In this document: in pieces, positions 48,435 to 58,055 of the stretch
How the letters are laid out: each line of letters begins with the position of its first letter
How positions within the stretch are numbered: the first letter of the stretch is position 1
NCBI GenBank assembly: GCA_964521955.1
Contig: CAZFTX010000002.1
Location: forward strand, 28,785-92,784
DNA length: 64,000 bases
Source of the DNA: an uncultured Candidatus Saccharibacteria bacterium
Lineage (GTDB): Bacteria > Patescibacteriota > Doudnabacteria > UBA920
Reading direction: 5' to 3'
Made by a program: the position numbers and the translations under genes
Notes under the pieces: generated by a model
What the model was told of the DNA's origin: nothing
Database searches by the model: none
Seen by the model: only the letters and a program-made list of their open reading frames with translations

Positions 48435-49124
48435 CTATTTCTTCTTTTTCCCATCTGACTCCGGTTCAGATTTGGTTAAGGGTTTTACTTTACCGGTAGA
48501 AATTATTCTAACAAAGCCGTTTCTATGTCCAGGTACTGCACCTCGCAAGCTAATTAAATTCTTTGCAGGGTCCACTTCTACCACCTGGAGATTTTTTACA
48601 GTTACTTGCTCAACACCCATATGTCCGGACATTCTTAAACCTTTACGAGTATGTTGAGGAAACCTTTGACCAATAGAACCTACTGACCTTGGCTTGTTAT
48701 GACCGTGAGAAGCCGGAAACCCTTTAAAGCCGTGTCTCTTCATGGCACCGGCAAAACCGCGGCCTTTTGAAACACCCACTACGTTTACCAACTCACCAAC
48801 CTGAAAACCGGACAAGTCTAGTTTTTGGCCACGTTCCATTTTACCTTCCGGAGAAGTTCTAAACTCTGCTAAAACAGAAAAAGCGCCCAAATCCTTCAGG
48901 TGACCTGAAAGTGCTTTAGATGCTTTTGCTTTTTTGCCGTCCTTTGAAACTTTTTTTGGTCCAATACCAACCTGCACTGCGTTGTATTTGTCCTTGCCTT
49001 CAGCAGTTTTAACTTGTGTCACGGTCATGACCCCGGCCTTAATAACAGTAATAGGAAAAGCCTCACCAGTTTTCTGGTCAAAATATTGACTCATATTTAG
49101 CTTTTTTCCTAAGGCAAAGTTCAT
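48435..49124 (-). CDS. rplC: 50S ribosomal protein L3
   Basis: Translation plus position. Confidence 0.9.
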   Translation of the reverse strand: MNFALGKKLNMSQYFDQKTGEAFPITVIKAGVMTVTQVKTAEGKDKYNAVQVGIGPKKVSKDGKKAKASKALSGHLKDLGAFSVLAEFRTSPEGKMERGQKLDLSGFQVGELVNVVGVSKGRGFAGAMKRHGFKGFPASHGHNKPRSVGSIGQRFPQHTRKGLRMSGHMGVEQVTVKNLQVVEVDPAKNLISLRGAVPGHRNGFVRIISTGKVKPLTKSEPESDGKKKK

Positions 49125-49147
49125 ATAAATAAGTTAGGGCTTAAGCA

Positions 49148-49247
49148 TTAATCCAAGTGCGAGGCATTTTCCTGAGGATTTTACGAGCCGTAGCTGAGCT
49201 ACGGTGAGGAAAACCTTGAGGGAAATAACGAAGCAATTGGATTAAAC
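49148..49247 (+). repeat. Family-3 repeat inside the unusually long (342-nt) rpsJ-rplC spacer. Inverted partner of 30515-30616.
   Basis: Hand alignment at about 87% identity. Spacer also has hairpins GACCGGC-tcc-GCCGGTC and GCGGGC-tttta-CCCGC. Confidence 0.6.
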
Positions 49248-49466
49248 CTGGCTTTAGGACCGGCTCCGCCGGTCAGAAAGACAGGGGTGCGTAAGTCCTA
49301 AAATAAAAGCGGGCTTTTACCCGCAATAATAAATAGAGAAAATTCTCTTTTACTTATGTAGGTAAATCGTTCTCTAGTATGCTGAGCTTAAAAGCTTTGA
49401 CTTACTAGAACTAATCTACAATTATTAAATATCTGTGTAATCTGTTTTTTATCAGTGTATCAGTGG

Positions 49467-49805
49467 TTAACTCATTTTAATCTCTACATCCACACCAGCC
49501 GGTAAGTTCAAATTTGTGAGTGCGTCTATGGTTTTAGGTGTAGCTTCTAAAATATCTATAAGTCTTTTATGCACGCGCATTTCAAACTGCTCACGACTGT
49601 CTTTGTGCACAAAAGTTGACTTTAGCACAGTATATTTCGTCTTTTCAGTCGGCAAAGGAATAGGACCAGAAATTCTGGCACCTGTTCTTTTCGCAGTATC
49701 CACAATTTGCTTAACGCTTTGGTCAATAAGCTTATGGTCATAAGCCCTGACTTTTATGCGGATTTTTGCGCCTTGGGCGGTTTCTACTTTAGCTGTCTTT
49801 TGCAT
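49467..49805 (-). CDS. rpsJ: 30S ribosomal protein S10
   Basis: Translation plus position. Confidence 0.9.
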   Translation of the reverse strand: MQKTAKVETAQGAKIRIKVRAYDHKLIDQSVKQIVDTAKRTGARISGPIPLPTEKTKYTVLKSTFVHKDSREQFEMRVHKRLIDILEATPKTIDALTNLNLPAGVDVEIKMS

Positions 49806-49985
49806 TGAGTGATAATGTGCAAATTAAAAATTGGCTTTAAAATGTCTAGCCACTTGCAATAGTTTATAGGAACTTTATGCTTTTGTCAAATAAACATAGG
49901 AGTAAAAACCAAGAAAAAATAATGATTTGATATATTGACAAATATAATATTTTGTGCTATAATATAACCTATTAACTCCTTTTAG

Positions 49986-50630
49986 TTAAGAGGGTTTTTT
50001 GTTTTTATATTTCATCGTTATTGAGTCTTTATGTCGGTGATAAATATATGATGGAAAGTTTACTTTCAATATTTTCGCTTTACTTTTGATCACTGTTTGG
50101 AAAAATACAGAATCGTTACCATATGCTTCGTTTGGAAAATATCCAACTTTTTTAAATATTTCTTGCTTTACTACAAAAGTACCCCCGAGAGCCACTTCAT
50201 TAACATGTATCAACTTTCCTGGACGAAACTTATCTGGCACAAATTCTTCTCCAATAGTCTTTACACCCCCATACAAAAAATCAATCTCTGGGTTTTTCTT
50301 TAAAATCTCCTTTCTAAAAGCCAAATGATCAGATGAATACTCATCGTCATCGTCTAAAAAAGTAACGTACTTACCTTTTGCTTTTTCTATGCCTAAATTC
50401 TTAGAGATTGCCGAACCAACATGATCATGATTAAAATATATGATATTTTTATTTTCTTTTAAAATCTGAGTAATTTTTTGCGATAGCTCAAGATTTCCTG
50501 AATCATCAGAAATAATTAACTCCCAATTGTTCTCTGTTTGAGCCAATACCGAATCAATTGCCCTAACAAGCTTTTTGGGTCTATTATATGCTGAAATAAT
50601 TACTGAAAAGAATGGTTGTGTTTTTTTCAT
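49986..50630 (-). CDS. Family-2 glycosyltransferase (short, 214 aa)
   Basis: FSVIISAYNR...DDSGN...DDDD motifs of GT2. Confidence 0.65.
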   Translation of the reverse strand: MKKTQPFFSVIISAYNRPKKLVRAIDSVLAQTENNWELIISDDSGNLELSQKITQILKENKNIIYFNHDHVGSAISKNLGIEKAKGKYVTFLDDDDEYSSDHLAFRKEILKKNPEIDFLYGGVKTIGEEFVPDKFRPGKLIHVNEVALGGTFVVKQEIFKKVGYFPNEAYGNDSVFFQTVIKSKAKILKVNFPSYIYHRHKDSITMKYKNKKPS

Positions 50631-50648
50631 AGGATACTTATTATAACA

Positions 50649-50682
50649 AAACTCCGCCCCTTATGGGGCGGAGTTTTGTTAC
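50649..50682 (-). terminator. Terminator hairpin AACTCCGCCCC-ttat-GGGGCGGAGTT plus T-run, 3' of tuf
   Basis: 11-bp perfect stem read directly. Confidence 0.7.
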
Positions 50683-50720
50683 TGTGTTAATCAGTAACTA
50701 TCCGTGTTTATCGGTTTTAA

Positions 50721-51902
50721 TTACTTAATAATTTTTGTGACAACTCCGGCACCTACAGTTTTACCACCTTCACGAATAGCAAACTTACCTTTTTCTTCCA
50801 AAGCAACTGGAGTAATAAGTTTTACAACTAACTTTACAGTATCACCAGGCATAACCATTTCCTGACCTTCAGGCAATGTTACGTCTCCGGTTACGTCTGT
50901 GGTTCTTACGTAAAACTGTGGTTTATAACCTTTAAAGAAAGGAGTGTGGCGTCCGCCTTCTTCTTTGCTTAGAACGTAAACTTCAGTTTCAAATTCAGTG
51001 TGAGGGTTAATACTTCCCGGTTTGCAAAGCACTTGTCCGCGCTCAACTTCGTCTTTCTTTGTACCGCGAAGCAAAATACCAGCATTGTCACCGGCCATAC
51101 CACTGTCTAACTGTTTGTTGAACATTTCAATACCGGTTACAACGGTTTTTGAAGTTGGTCTTAAACCAACAATTTCTACTTCTTCGTTAATCTTAATCTG
51201 ACCACGTTCAATTCTCCCTGTAACCACGGTACCCCGGCCTTCAATAGAGAAAATATCTTCAATAGGCATTAAGTAAGGCTTGTCAGTTTCGCGAACTGGG
51301 TCAGGAATGTAGGAATCCAATTTAGAAACTAATTCCAAAATAGTTTTTTCGTATTCAGCGTCACCTTCCAAAGCTTTCAAAGCACTTCCGCGAATAATTG
51401 GGGTGTCTTTGCCTGGAAATTCATATTTAGTCAAAAGGTCGCGAATTTCTTCTTCAACCAAGTCCAAAAGTTCTTTATCTTGAACCATGTCACACTTGTT
51501 CATGTAAACCACAATGTAAGGCACACCAACTTGGCGAGCTAACAAAATGTGTTCACGAGTTTGAGGCATAGGACCGTCTACAGCAGAAACAACCAAGATA
51601 GCGCCGTCCATTTGAGCGGCACCAGTAATCATGTTCTTAATATAGTCAGCGTGTCCAGGACAGTCTACGTGAGCGTAGTGTCTTTTTTCTGATTCATATT
51701 CTACGTGAGCGGTGTTAATAGTAATACCGCGAGCTTTTTCTTCAGGAGCGTTGTCAATGCTGTCATAAGCACGAGCTTTAGCTCCACCAGTCTTTGCTAA
51801 AACAGTGGTAATCGCCGCTGTTAAAGTGGTCTTTCCATGGTCAACGTGACCAATGGTTCCTACGTTGACGTGGGTCTTGGAACGGTCAAACTTATCTGCC
51901 AT
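50721..51902 (-). CDS. tuf: Elongation factor Tu
   Basis: [22 protein letters not shown]. Confidence 0.95.
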   Translation of the reverse strand: MADKFDRSKTHVNVGTIGHVDHGKTTLTAAITTVLAKTGGAKARAYDSIDNAPEEKARGITINTAHVEYESEKRHYAHVDCPGHADYIKNMITGAAQMDGAILVVSAVDGPMPQTREHILLARQVGVPYIVVYMNKCDMVQDKELLDLVEEEIRDLLTKYEFPGKDTPIIRGSALKALEGDAEYEKTILELVSKLDSYIPDPVRETDKPYLMPIEDIFSIEGRGTVVTGRIERGQIKINEEVEIVGLRPTSKTVVTGIEMFNKQLDSGMAGDNAGILLRGTKKDEVERGQVLCKPGSINPHTEFETEVYVLSKEEGGRHTPFFKGYKPQFYVRTTDVTGDVTLPEGQEMVMPGDTVKLVVKLITPVALEEKGKFAIREGGKTVGAGVVTKIIK

Positions 51903-52160
51903 TTTTTTACCTTTCGTTGTCGTCCGCCAACTGGCGGATCACGACATATCGCCCGAGACCCCCTCACTACTACATCTATCGACTAAACGATGCAGTGCCG
52001 AGGGTATCTCTTTCTTTCCTTTCGGAATCCAGGGCTAAAATTAATTGTTTGCTAAAACTTATTTTAATGATATTTATGCATTCTGTCAATTATGCTTGTT
52101 AGCCTATCAGTGGATCAGAAATACTGATTAGCTGATTTGCTGACTAGCTGATTAACTAAA

Positions 52161-52550
52161 CTACAAATCGTCTATATCTACCTTCGGACCTTCAAAGTCA
52201 AAGCTAGGGTCAATAACTTCTTCGCGCAAATCCACACGAATATGATTGGTTGATTGACTGACTTGTTGATTTACTGATTTATTGATTGGCTGATGAGCTG
52301 ATTGGCTAATTTGCTGATCGGCTAATTTGCTGATCGGCTGATCGGCGGTTGTGTCCCTGAGCTGTGCTTCTATTATTTTTCGGTTGATATTTTCAACTTC
52401 ATTTACCTGTTTTTGCAATTTACCTAAAAGCAATTTTTGATATTCTTCTAAAGGTAAAATAACTAACTTAGCCTCCCCCGTTTCGTCCAAGACAAAAAAC
52501 TTTCCCCCGTCAGCTTTTGCTAAGTTGATTAAGTCCTGAATTGAAGCCAT
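52161..52550 (-). CDS. Hypothetical protein with a C-terminal low-complexity Q/S-rich 8-aa repeat encoded by a 24-nt repeat (8-nt sub-period TGATYGGC)
   Basis: N-terminal 70 aa look globular. DNA array at 52241-52360 read directly. Confidence 0.35.
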   Translation of the reverse strand: MASIQDLINLAKADGGKFFVLDETGEAKLVILPLEEYQKLLLGKLQKQVNEVENINRKIIEAQLRDTTADQPISKLADQQISQSAHQPINKSVNQQVSQSTNHIRVDLREEVIDPSFDFEGPKVDIDDL

Positions 52551-52637
52551 ATTTACAAGCTTAAAATGTAAATCTCAAAATGTAAAATGTAGGTGCCCCA
52601 AAGGGACTCTATAATTTTCCATTTTGATTTTTCAATT

Positions 52638-54761
52638 TTACATTCCCTTACGTACATTGATCCCCGCTCTACTTTCAATAATTCCTGCAGCAACGTTCTT
52701 TGGTACTTCAGCGTAGTGGTCAAATTCCATAGTGTAAGAAGCTTGACCTTGAGTCATGCTTCTTAAAGCAGTAGCATAACCGAACATTTCAGAAAGCGGT
52801 ACAAAAGCGTCTATGACTTTTAAGTGCAAACGGTCTGTCATTTCGTTTATTTGAGCACGCTTGCTATTTAAGTCTCCAATCACGTCACCCATGTTGGTTT
52901 CTGGAGTTATAACTTCAACTTTCATTACCGGTTCCAAAATAATTGGAGTTGCTTTTTTCACAGCGTCTTGCAAAGCTTTGGAAGCAGCAATTTTGAAGGC
53001 CATTTCAGAAGAGTCAACTTCGTGGTAAGAACCGTCGTAAACAGCAGCTCTAAAGTCTACAAGTGGGTAACCGGCAATCACACCATTTGCTGCAGATTCT
53101 TGAATACCTTTGTCGATTGGTTTTATGTATTCTTTTGGAATAACACCACCAACAATTTCATCCAAAAACTCGTAACCTTTTCCGCGTTCCAAAGGCTCCA
53201 CACGGAGGTACACATGACCGTACTGACCACGTCCACCAGTTTGGCGAATGTACTTATTTTCAGCCTCAGCAGTTTGTTTGATAGTTTCTTTGTAAGCAAC
53301 TTCAGGCTTACCAACATTAGCTTCAACTTTAAACTCGCGCTTCATACGATCAACAATAATTTCCAAATGAAGCTCGCCCATACCGGCAATAATTGTCTGT
53401 TGAGTTTCTTCGTTAGTAGAAAGCCTAAAAGTTGGATCTTCTTCTGCAAGTTTTTGCAAAGCAATACCCATTTTTTCCTGGTCAGCTTTAGTCTTAGGCT
53501 CAATAGCCATGGAAATAACCGGTTCAGCAAATTTGATTGATTCCAATTGAATAGACTTTTCCACGTCACACAAAGTGTCTCCGGTAAAAGTATTTTTTGG
53601 TCCTACCAAAGCACAAATATCACCGGCAAAAACTTCTTTCACTTCATCTCTTTGATCAGCGCGCATTCTTACAATACGTCCAACACGTTCTTTGTCTCCG
53701 GTTCTGGCGTTTAATACGTAACTACCAGCTTCCAATTTTCCAGCATAAACACGGAAAAAACAAAGCCTGCCCACAAAAGGGTCGGTCGCAATCTTAAAAG
53801 CTAAAGCTGTGAAAGGTTCGTCGTCGTTTGGTTTTCTTTCAATTTCAGCATTGGTTTTTAAGTCGTGGCCTTTAACCACGCCTCTGTCTACAGGATTTGG
53901 TAAAAAGTTAGTGACCGCGTCTAAAACTGTCTGTACAATAATCCCACGACCGTCCCCACCCAACACTGGGAAAAACTTAGCACTCTGAACAGCTTTACGA
54001 ATTGCGGTTAAAAACTCTTGTTCGGTCAATTCCTGACCAGCCAAATATTTTTCCATTAAAGCGTCGTCTGACTCCACAACTTTTTCTAAAAGTTTGTGTC
54101 TGTATTCTTTAGCTTTTTCTAACATGTCAGCCGGGACTTCACCTATAGTAAACTCTTTGTCTGTGTAGTCTTTGTAGGTGTAAGCCTTCATGTTAATTAA
54201 GTCAACTACGCCTTTAATTTCTTTTTCAAAACCAATTGGCAATTGAATTGGAAAAGCGTTTGGAGAAAGTCTTTTGTGAATAGAGTCCAAGCTCTTGTAA
54301 AAATCTCCGCCAGTTTGGTTAATTTTGTTTATAAAACACATGCGAGGCACGCCGTATTTGTCGGCTTGGCGCCAGACGGTTTCACTCTGAGGTTCTACAC
54401 CCATTTTGCCGTCAAAAACCGTAACAGCCCCGTCTAACACACGCAAACTGCGCTCTACTTCTACAGTAAAATCCACGTGACCCGGAGTGTCGATAATGTT
54501 AATTTTGTGTTTTACATCACCTGCAAGTTTAATAAACTTCGGCGTCCAATAACAAGTCACCGCGGCCGCAGTAATGGTAATACCACGTTCGCGTTCTTGC
54601 TCCATCCAATCTGTAGTGGTTTCACCTTCGTGCACCGCACCAATTTTGTGAATCATACCGGTATTAAACAAAATACCTTCTGTAACAGTAGTTTTACCCG
54701 CGTCGATGTGGGCAATAATTCCTATGTTTCTAGTTACGTCTATGGGATATTCTCGAGACAT
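52638..54761 (-). CDS. fusA: Elongation factor G
   Basis: [17 protein letters not shown], 707 aa. Confidence 0.95.
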   Translation of the reverse strand: MSREYPIDVTRNIGIIAHIDAGKTTVTEGILFNTGMIHKIGAVHEGETTTDWMEQERERGITITAAAVTCYWTPKFIKLAGDVKHKINIIDTPGHVDFTVEVERSLRVLDGAVTVFDGKMGVEPQSETVWRQADKYGVPRMCFINKINQTGGDFYKSLDSIHKRLSPNAFPIQLPIGFEKEIKGVVDLINMKAYTYKDYTDKEFTIGEVPADMLEKAKEYRHKLLEKVVESDDALMEKYLAGQELTEQEFLTAIRKAVQSAKFFPVLGGDGRGIIVQTVLDAVTNFLPNPVDRGVVKGHDLKTNAEIERKPNDDEPFTALAFKIATDPFVGRLCFFRVYAGKLEAGSYVLNARTGDKERVGRIVRMRADQRDEVKEVFAGDICALVGPKNTFTGDTLCDVEKSIQLESIKFAEPVISMAIEPKTKADQEKMGIALQKLAEEDPTFRLSTNEETQQTIIAGMGELHLEIIVDRMKREFKVEANVGKPEVAYKETIKQTAEAENKYIRQTGGRGQYGHVYLRVEPLERGKGYEFLDEIVGGVIPKEYIKPIDKGIQESAANGVIAGYPLVDFRAAVYDGSYHEVDSSEMAFKIAASKALQDAVKKATPIILEPVMKVEVITPETNMGDVIGDLNSKRAQINEMTDRLHLKVIDAFVPLSEMFGYATALRSMTQGQASYTMEFDHYAEVPKNVAAGIIESRAGINVRKGM

Positions 54762-54928
54762 ATATAAGTTAGCTTATAGCTGATAGCTTGTAGCTTATTA
54801 GCTTTAAAAAATTAATAATACTTTTATTTCTTTTCCGAGACTTCGGATTTATTCCGAGCCGAGGATATTTTTTTGGAAAAGATGCTAGAAGGAAAACCTT
54901 TTTTCTAAAAAGGTGGTCCTTTTACACC

Positions 54929-55456
54929 CTACCTTCTGTTAAACCTAGCAAAGTGAGCAAACGCCTTGTTTGCTTCTGCCATACGGTGAACGTCTTCTCT
55001 CTTTTTCATAGCTGCACCTTGTTTGTTGTAAGCATCCATAATTTCACCGGCAAGCTTTTCTTTCATTGGAGCGCCTTTTTTAGCTTTAGCTGCGGCAATC
55101 ACCCAGCGCATACCAAGTGTTGTTTTTCTGGGTTCCAAAACTTCCATTGGCACCTGGTAGTTAGCGCCACCAATTCTTCGGCTCTTTAATTCCATTAAAG
55201 GAGAAACATTTTTCAAAGCTATGTCGAAAACTTGTCTGCCTTCCAACTTCTTTTCAGGTGCGTCAGCATTTGGAGAAGCTTCAACTTCAGTTAGTTTTTT
55301 AGTAACAATATCTAAAGCGTCGTAGAAAATTTTACGGGCAACGTTCTTCTTGCCTCTTTCCATGAGATAGTTTATAAATTTTGCATATTTAACACTCCCA
55401 TATTTTGGGTCCGGGTCTGGAGTGTGTTTGTCGTAACTTCGTGATTTTCTTGGCAT
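54929..55456 (-). CDS. rpsG: 30S ribosomal protein S7
   Basis: Translation plus position. Confidence 0.9.
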   Translation of the reverse strand: MPRKSRSYDKHTPDPDPKYGSVKYAKFINYLMERGKKNVARKIFYDALDIVTKKLTEVEASPNADAPEKKLEGRQVFDIALKNVSPLMELKSRRIGGANYQVPMEVLEPRKTTLGMRWVIAAAKAKKGAPMKEKLAGEIMDAYNKQGAAMKKREDVHRMAEANKAFAHFARFNRR

Positions 55457-55561
55457 AAACTAATTGATCAAGATTAAATAAGATTTAATGATTGACCATG
55501 ATTTTAATTGCATTAATTTCTGGCAATTTTGTTCATTTTTGGTCAATTTTGTTCATTTGAA
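55457..55561 (-). repeat. Family-2 repeat (rpsG-rpsL spacer)
   Basis: As for the family. Confidence 0.7.
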
Positions 55562-55975
55562 CTACTTGTTCTTTGCTCCATACTTACTGCGAGAGCGTTT
55601 TCGACCGTCAACACCTAAAGTATCTAACTTTCCTCTAACAATATGATAACGAACACCAGGCAAATCTTTTACTCTTCCGCCACGGATCATGACCACAGAG
55701 TGTTCTTGCAGGTTATGACCAATACCAGGAATGTAAGCAATAACTTCCATACCGTTGGTGAGTTTAACTTTCGCCACTTTACGCAAAGCAGAGTTCGGCT
55801 TTTTTGGTGTGGTGGTATAAACTTTCAAACACACTCCACGCATAAAAGGCGCACCTGTCTTGATAAAGAGGGTTTTGTTTTTAATTAAGTTTATTCTGCG
55901 CTGCAAAGCCGGGGACTTACTTTTGGTCGTAAGTGGTCTCCTGCCTTTTCTGACTAACTGGTTGATTGTTGGCAT
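55562..55975 (-). CDS. rpsL: 30S ribosomal protein S12
   Basis: Start taken at [15 protein letters not shown] track extends to 56020. Confidence 0.9.
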   Translation of the reverse strand: MPTINQLVRKGRRPLTTKSKSPALQRRINLIKNKTLFIKTGAPFMRGVCLKVYTTTPKKPNSALRKVAKVKLTNGMEVIAYIPGIGHNLQEHSVVMIRGGRVKDLPGVRYHIVRGKLDTLGVDGRKRSRSKYGAKNK

Positions 55976-56339
55976 AAGAATTAATTTGAGAAGACCAAAC
56001 CTACGGTTTTTTCTTCTCAATACTCATCTTTTTCCCTTAGCTGTTTCCTCGGCCTCGGAGTAAGTCCGCTGGCCTTAGAGCTATTAATTAATTTATTAAT
56101 TTGCACAATAAAAACTGATTATAGACATCAGTTTACGCCTACTTCGCTTGTTTAGGTACTCTCCCGAAACCAGTGGGAGTAACTTCCCTAACAAATCGAC
56201 AAAATTGAGTAATTCGTTCACAAAGTGTTTTGTGAATGGGTTTCTTATTCAATTGCTATAAATTATACCCTATTTACACCAAATGTCAAATGTGATATTT
56301 TACTTAGTCGTATCACAACGAAATCTAGGGAGGACCAGA

Positions 56340-56680
56340 TGGAGATATGTTATAAACTAGTATGGGAAGGGTCTAGAGGACGTGGTCCCGACAACCAAGT
56401 TTTGATTGGGTTGCAGGTCTACCGATACCTGCCACCGGTCGAACACATGTACCTTGAATTTCCAACCAAGAAATCAAAGGAGCAACCTGAGGAGGACATC
56501 TTTACCCCAACCTTCATAGTCACGGAATACAGAAACAGAGCTGACACAGGCGAAACAACCCTGTGCTTATTGCTTATCCAAGACGCGACCATGCCTCAAG
56601 AGCAAAAACTGCTTGAGCAAAGAGCTGTCATTCAAATTCTCCGTAAGGACTACGACTGGAAGTGGGGCAACCCCTACTAA
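56340..56680 (+). CDS. Islet-3 hypothetical protein (113 aa)
   Basis: GGGAGGA 4 nt before ATG (MEICYKLVWEG...). GC-rich. The N-terminal extension in the ORF track (from 56225) is AT-rich and lacks an SD. Confidence 0.45.
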
Positions 56681-56701
56681 GCCACACAACCGCGCACAAG
56701 A

Positions 56702-56748
56702 AAGCGCCCCGACAATAGCACGTCAGGGCGCTTCGTTTTTTTTATTCG
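56702..56748 (+). terminator. Rho-independent terminator AAGCGCCC...GGGCGCTT plus T8
   Basis: Read directly after the islet-3 ORF. Confidence 0.6.
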
Positions 56749-56825
56749 TGTTTTTCGTGTGCAATTCGCCTGCCCGCCATCAGCTGGAGCCTTAGGCGAC
56801 TGCAGGCGGGTGTATTAATGTCTCT

Positions 56826-57449
56826 TTAGAAAAGTCTCAAACCAAACAAATTACTAAAGAAAATTATTACCGGCAAAAGTATTCGGTCCAAAAGCCCCAT
56901 ATACAAAAAAACTAAAACCAAAATAAAACCATACCTTTCCCACTCCAAAATTTTATACATCCATTCGTCCGGAGCCATGCTGGCAACTATTTTACTCCCG
57001 TCCAAAGGCGGAATAGGAATTAAGTTAAAAGTGCCTAAAACAATATTTATTAAAGCCGCCTGCAAAAGAATCGGACCGGATACGTAATTTGCCAATCCAA
57101 GTTTAATAGGAATAATAAACAACACGGCTAAAATAAAGTTAGAAACCGGTCCGGCTAAAGAAACTAAAGCCATGCCGCTTTTTGGGTTTTTTAAATTTCC
57201 AAAATTCACCGGAACCGGCTTAGCCGCGCCCAAAATAATTGGACTACCGGCAGCCAAAAGCAAAATTGGCAAAAGTATACTGCCAAAAGGGTCTATGTGA
57301 GGTATGGGATTTAAAGTTATCCTACCTTCGTCCCTAGCAGTACTGTCCCCTAATTTTTCAGCCATAAGCCCATGAGCCACCTCATGCACTATGGCGGAAA
57401 ATATTAAGATTATAAAAGTAATAAATATGTTCATAATATTATTGAGCAA
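56826..57449 (-). CDS. Site-2 protease-family (M50) membrane metalloprotease
   Basis: HEVAHG zinc motif within a transmembrane helix. 207 aa polytopic. Confidence 0.7.
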   Translation of the reverse strand: MLNNIMNIFITFIILIFSAIVHEVAHGLMAEKLGDSTARDEGRITLNPIPHIDPFGSILLPILLLAAGSPIILGAAKPVPVNFGNLKNPKSGMALVSLAGPVSNFILAVLFIIPIKLGLANYVSGPILLQAALINIVLGTFNLIPIPPLDGSKIVASMAPDEWMYKILEWERYGFILVLVFLYMGLLDRILLPVIIFFSNLFGLRLF

Positions 57450-57748
57450 AAATAAGTAAAAATGACATAATTGACATAAATTAATTACTATCAGCTTTTA
57501 TTTTTGTCATTTAAAATTTTCGTCGTTTTTGTCATTTCTATTACGCTTGACCATTATACCAAACTGTGTTAAAGTATTCTAGTTGCTTTAACAACATTTT
57601 TTTATTTACTAAATTATTTAATAGATTTTCGGCAACGAATTTATTTCGTGCCGAAAAAGACTTCTCCGGGAAAGAGAGGCTCCGAGTGAAAACGAGGAGA
57701 ATTGGAAGAGAAAAACCCGGAGGGGTTGTCTCTCTAAACTAAAATTTT

Positions 57749-57928
57749 ATGCCAAGAATGTGTGCCGTCTGCGGCAAAACTTATTCCAGAACCATCAAGC
57801 GCTCTCATAGCATGAGACCTTCAATAGTTAGACTACTTCCAAATTTACAGTACGCTGTGTTTGACGGCCAAAGGGTCAAAGCTTGCACCCGTTGCATTAA
57901 GACCAAAGCCAAAGTAGCAAAGGTTTAA
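57749..57928 (+). CDS. rpmB: 50S ribosomal protein L28 (59 aa; below the ORF-track cutoff)
   Basis: MPRMCAVCGK...RSHSM...LPNLQ matches the L28 pattern. Frame checked to TAA at 57926-57928. Confidence 0.7.
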   Translation: MPRMCAVCGKTYSRTIKRSHSMRPSIVRLLPNLQYAVFDGQRVKACTRCIKTKAKVAKV

Positions 57929-57981
57929 AACAATCGCTAACCTTCGCGCGGATATATAACGCGGAACTCTCGCAAATTCAA

Positions 57982-58018
57982 ATACCCTGATACATCAAAG
58001 TATCAGGGTATTTGTTTA
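57982..58018 (+). terminator. Terminator ATACCCTGATAC-atcaaag-GTATCAGGGTAT plus TTTGTTT after rpmB
   Basis: 12-bp perfect stem. Confidence 0.7.
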
Positions 58019-58055
58019 ATCTGCTTTTGTTTATTTCTAAATCAATATAAATTGA

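Noticed and set aside
38866-55561. Considered whether the short intergenic repeats in the ribosomal operon form a CRISPR array
   Set aside because: Repeat units are about 100 nt, separated by whole genes rather than 25-40-nt spacers. Two distinct families are interleaved. No cas genes in the window.
56225-56339. Long N-terminal extension of the islet-3 ORF (start at 56225)
   Set aside because: Extension is AT-rich native sequence without an SD. A strong GGGAGGA SD precedes the internal ATG at 56340 where GC rises.
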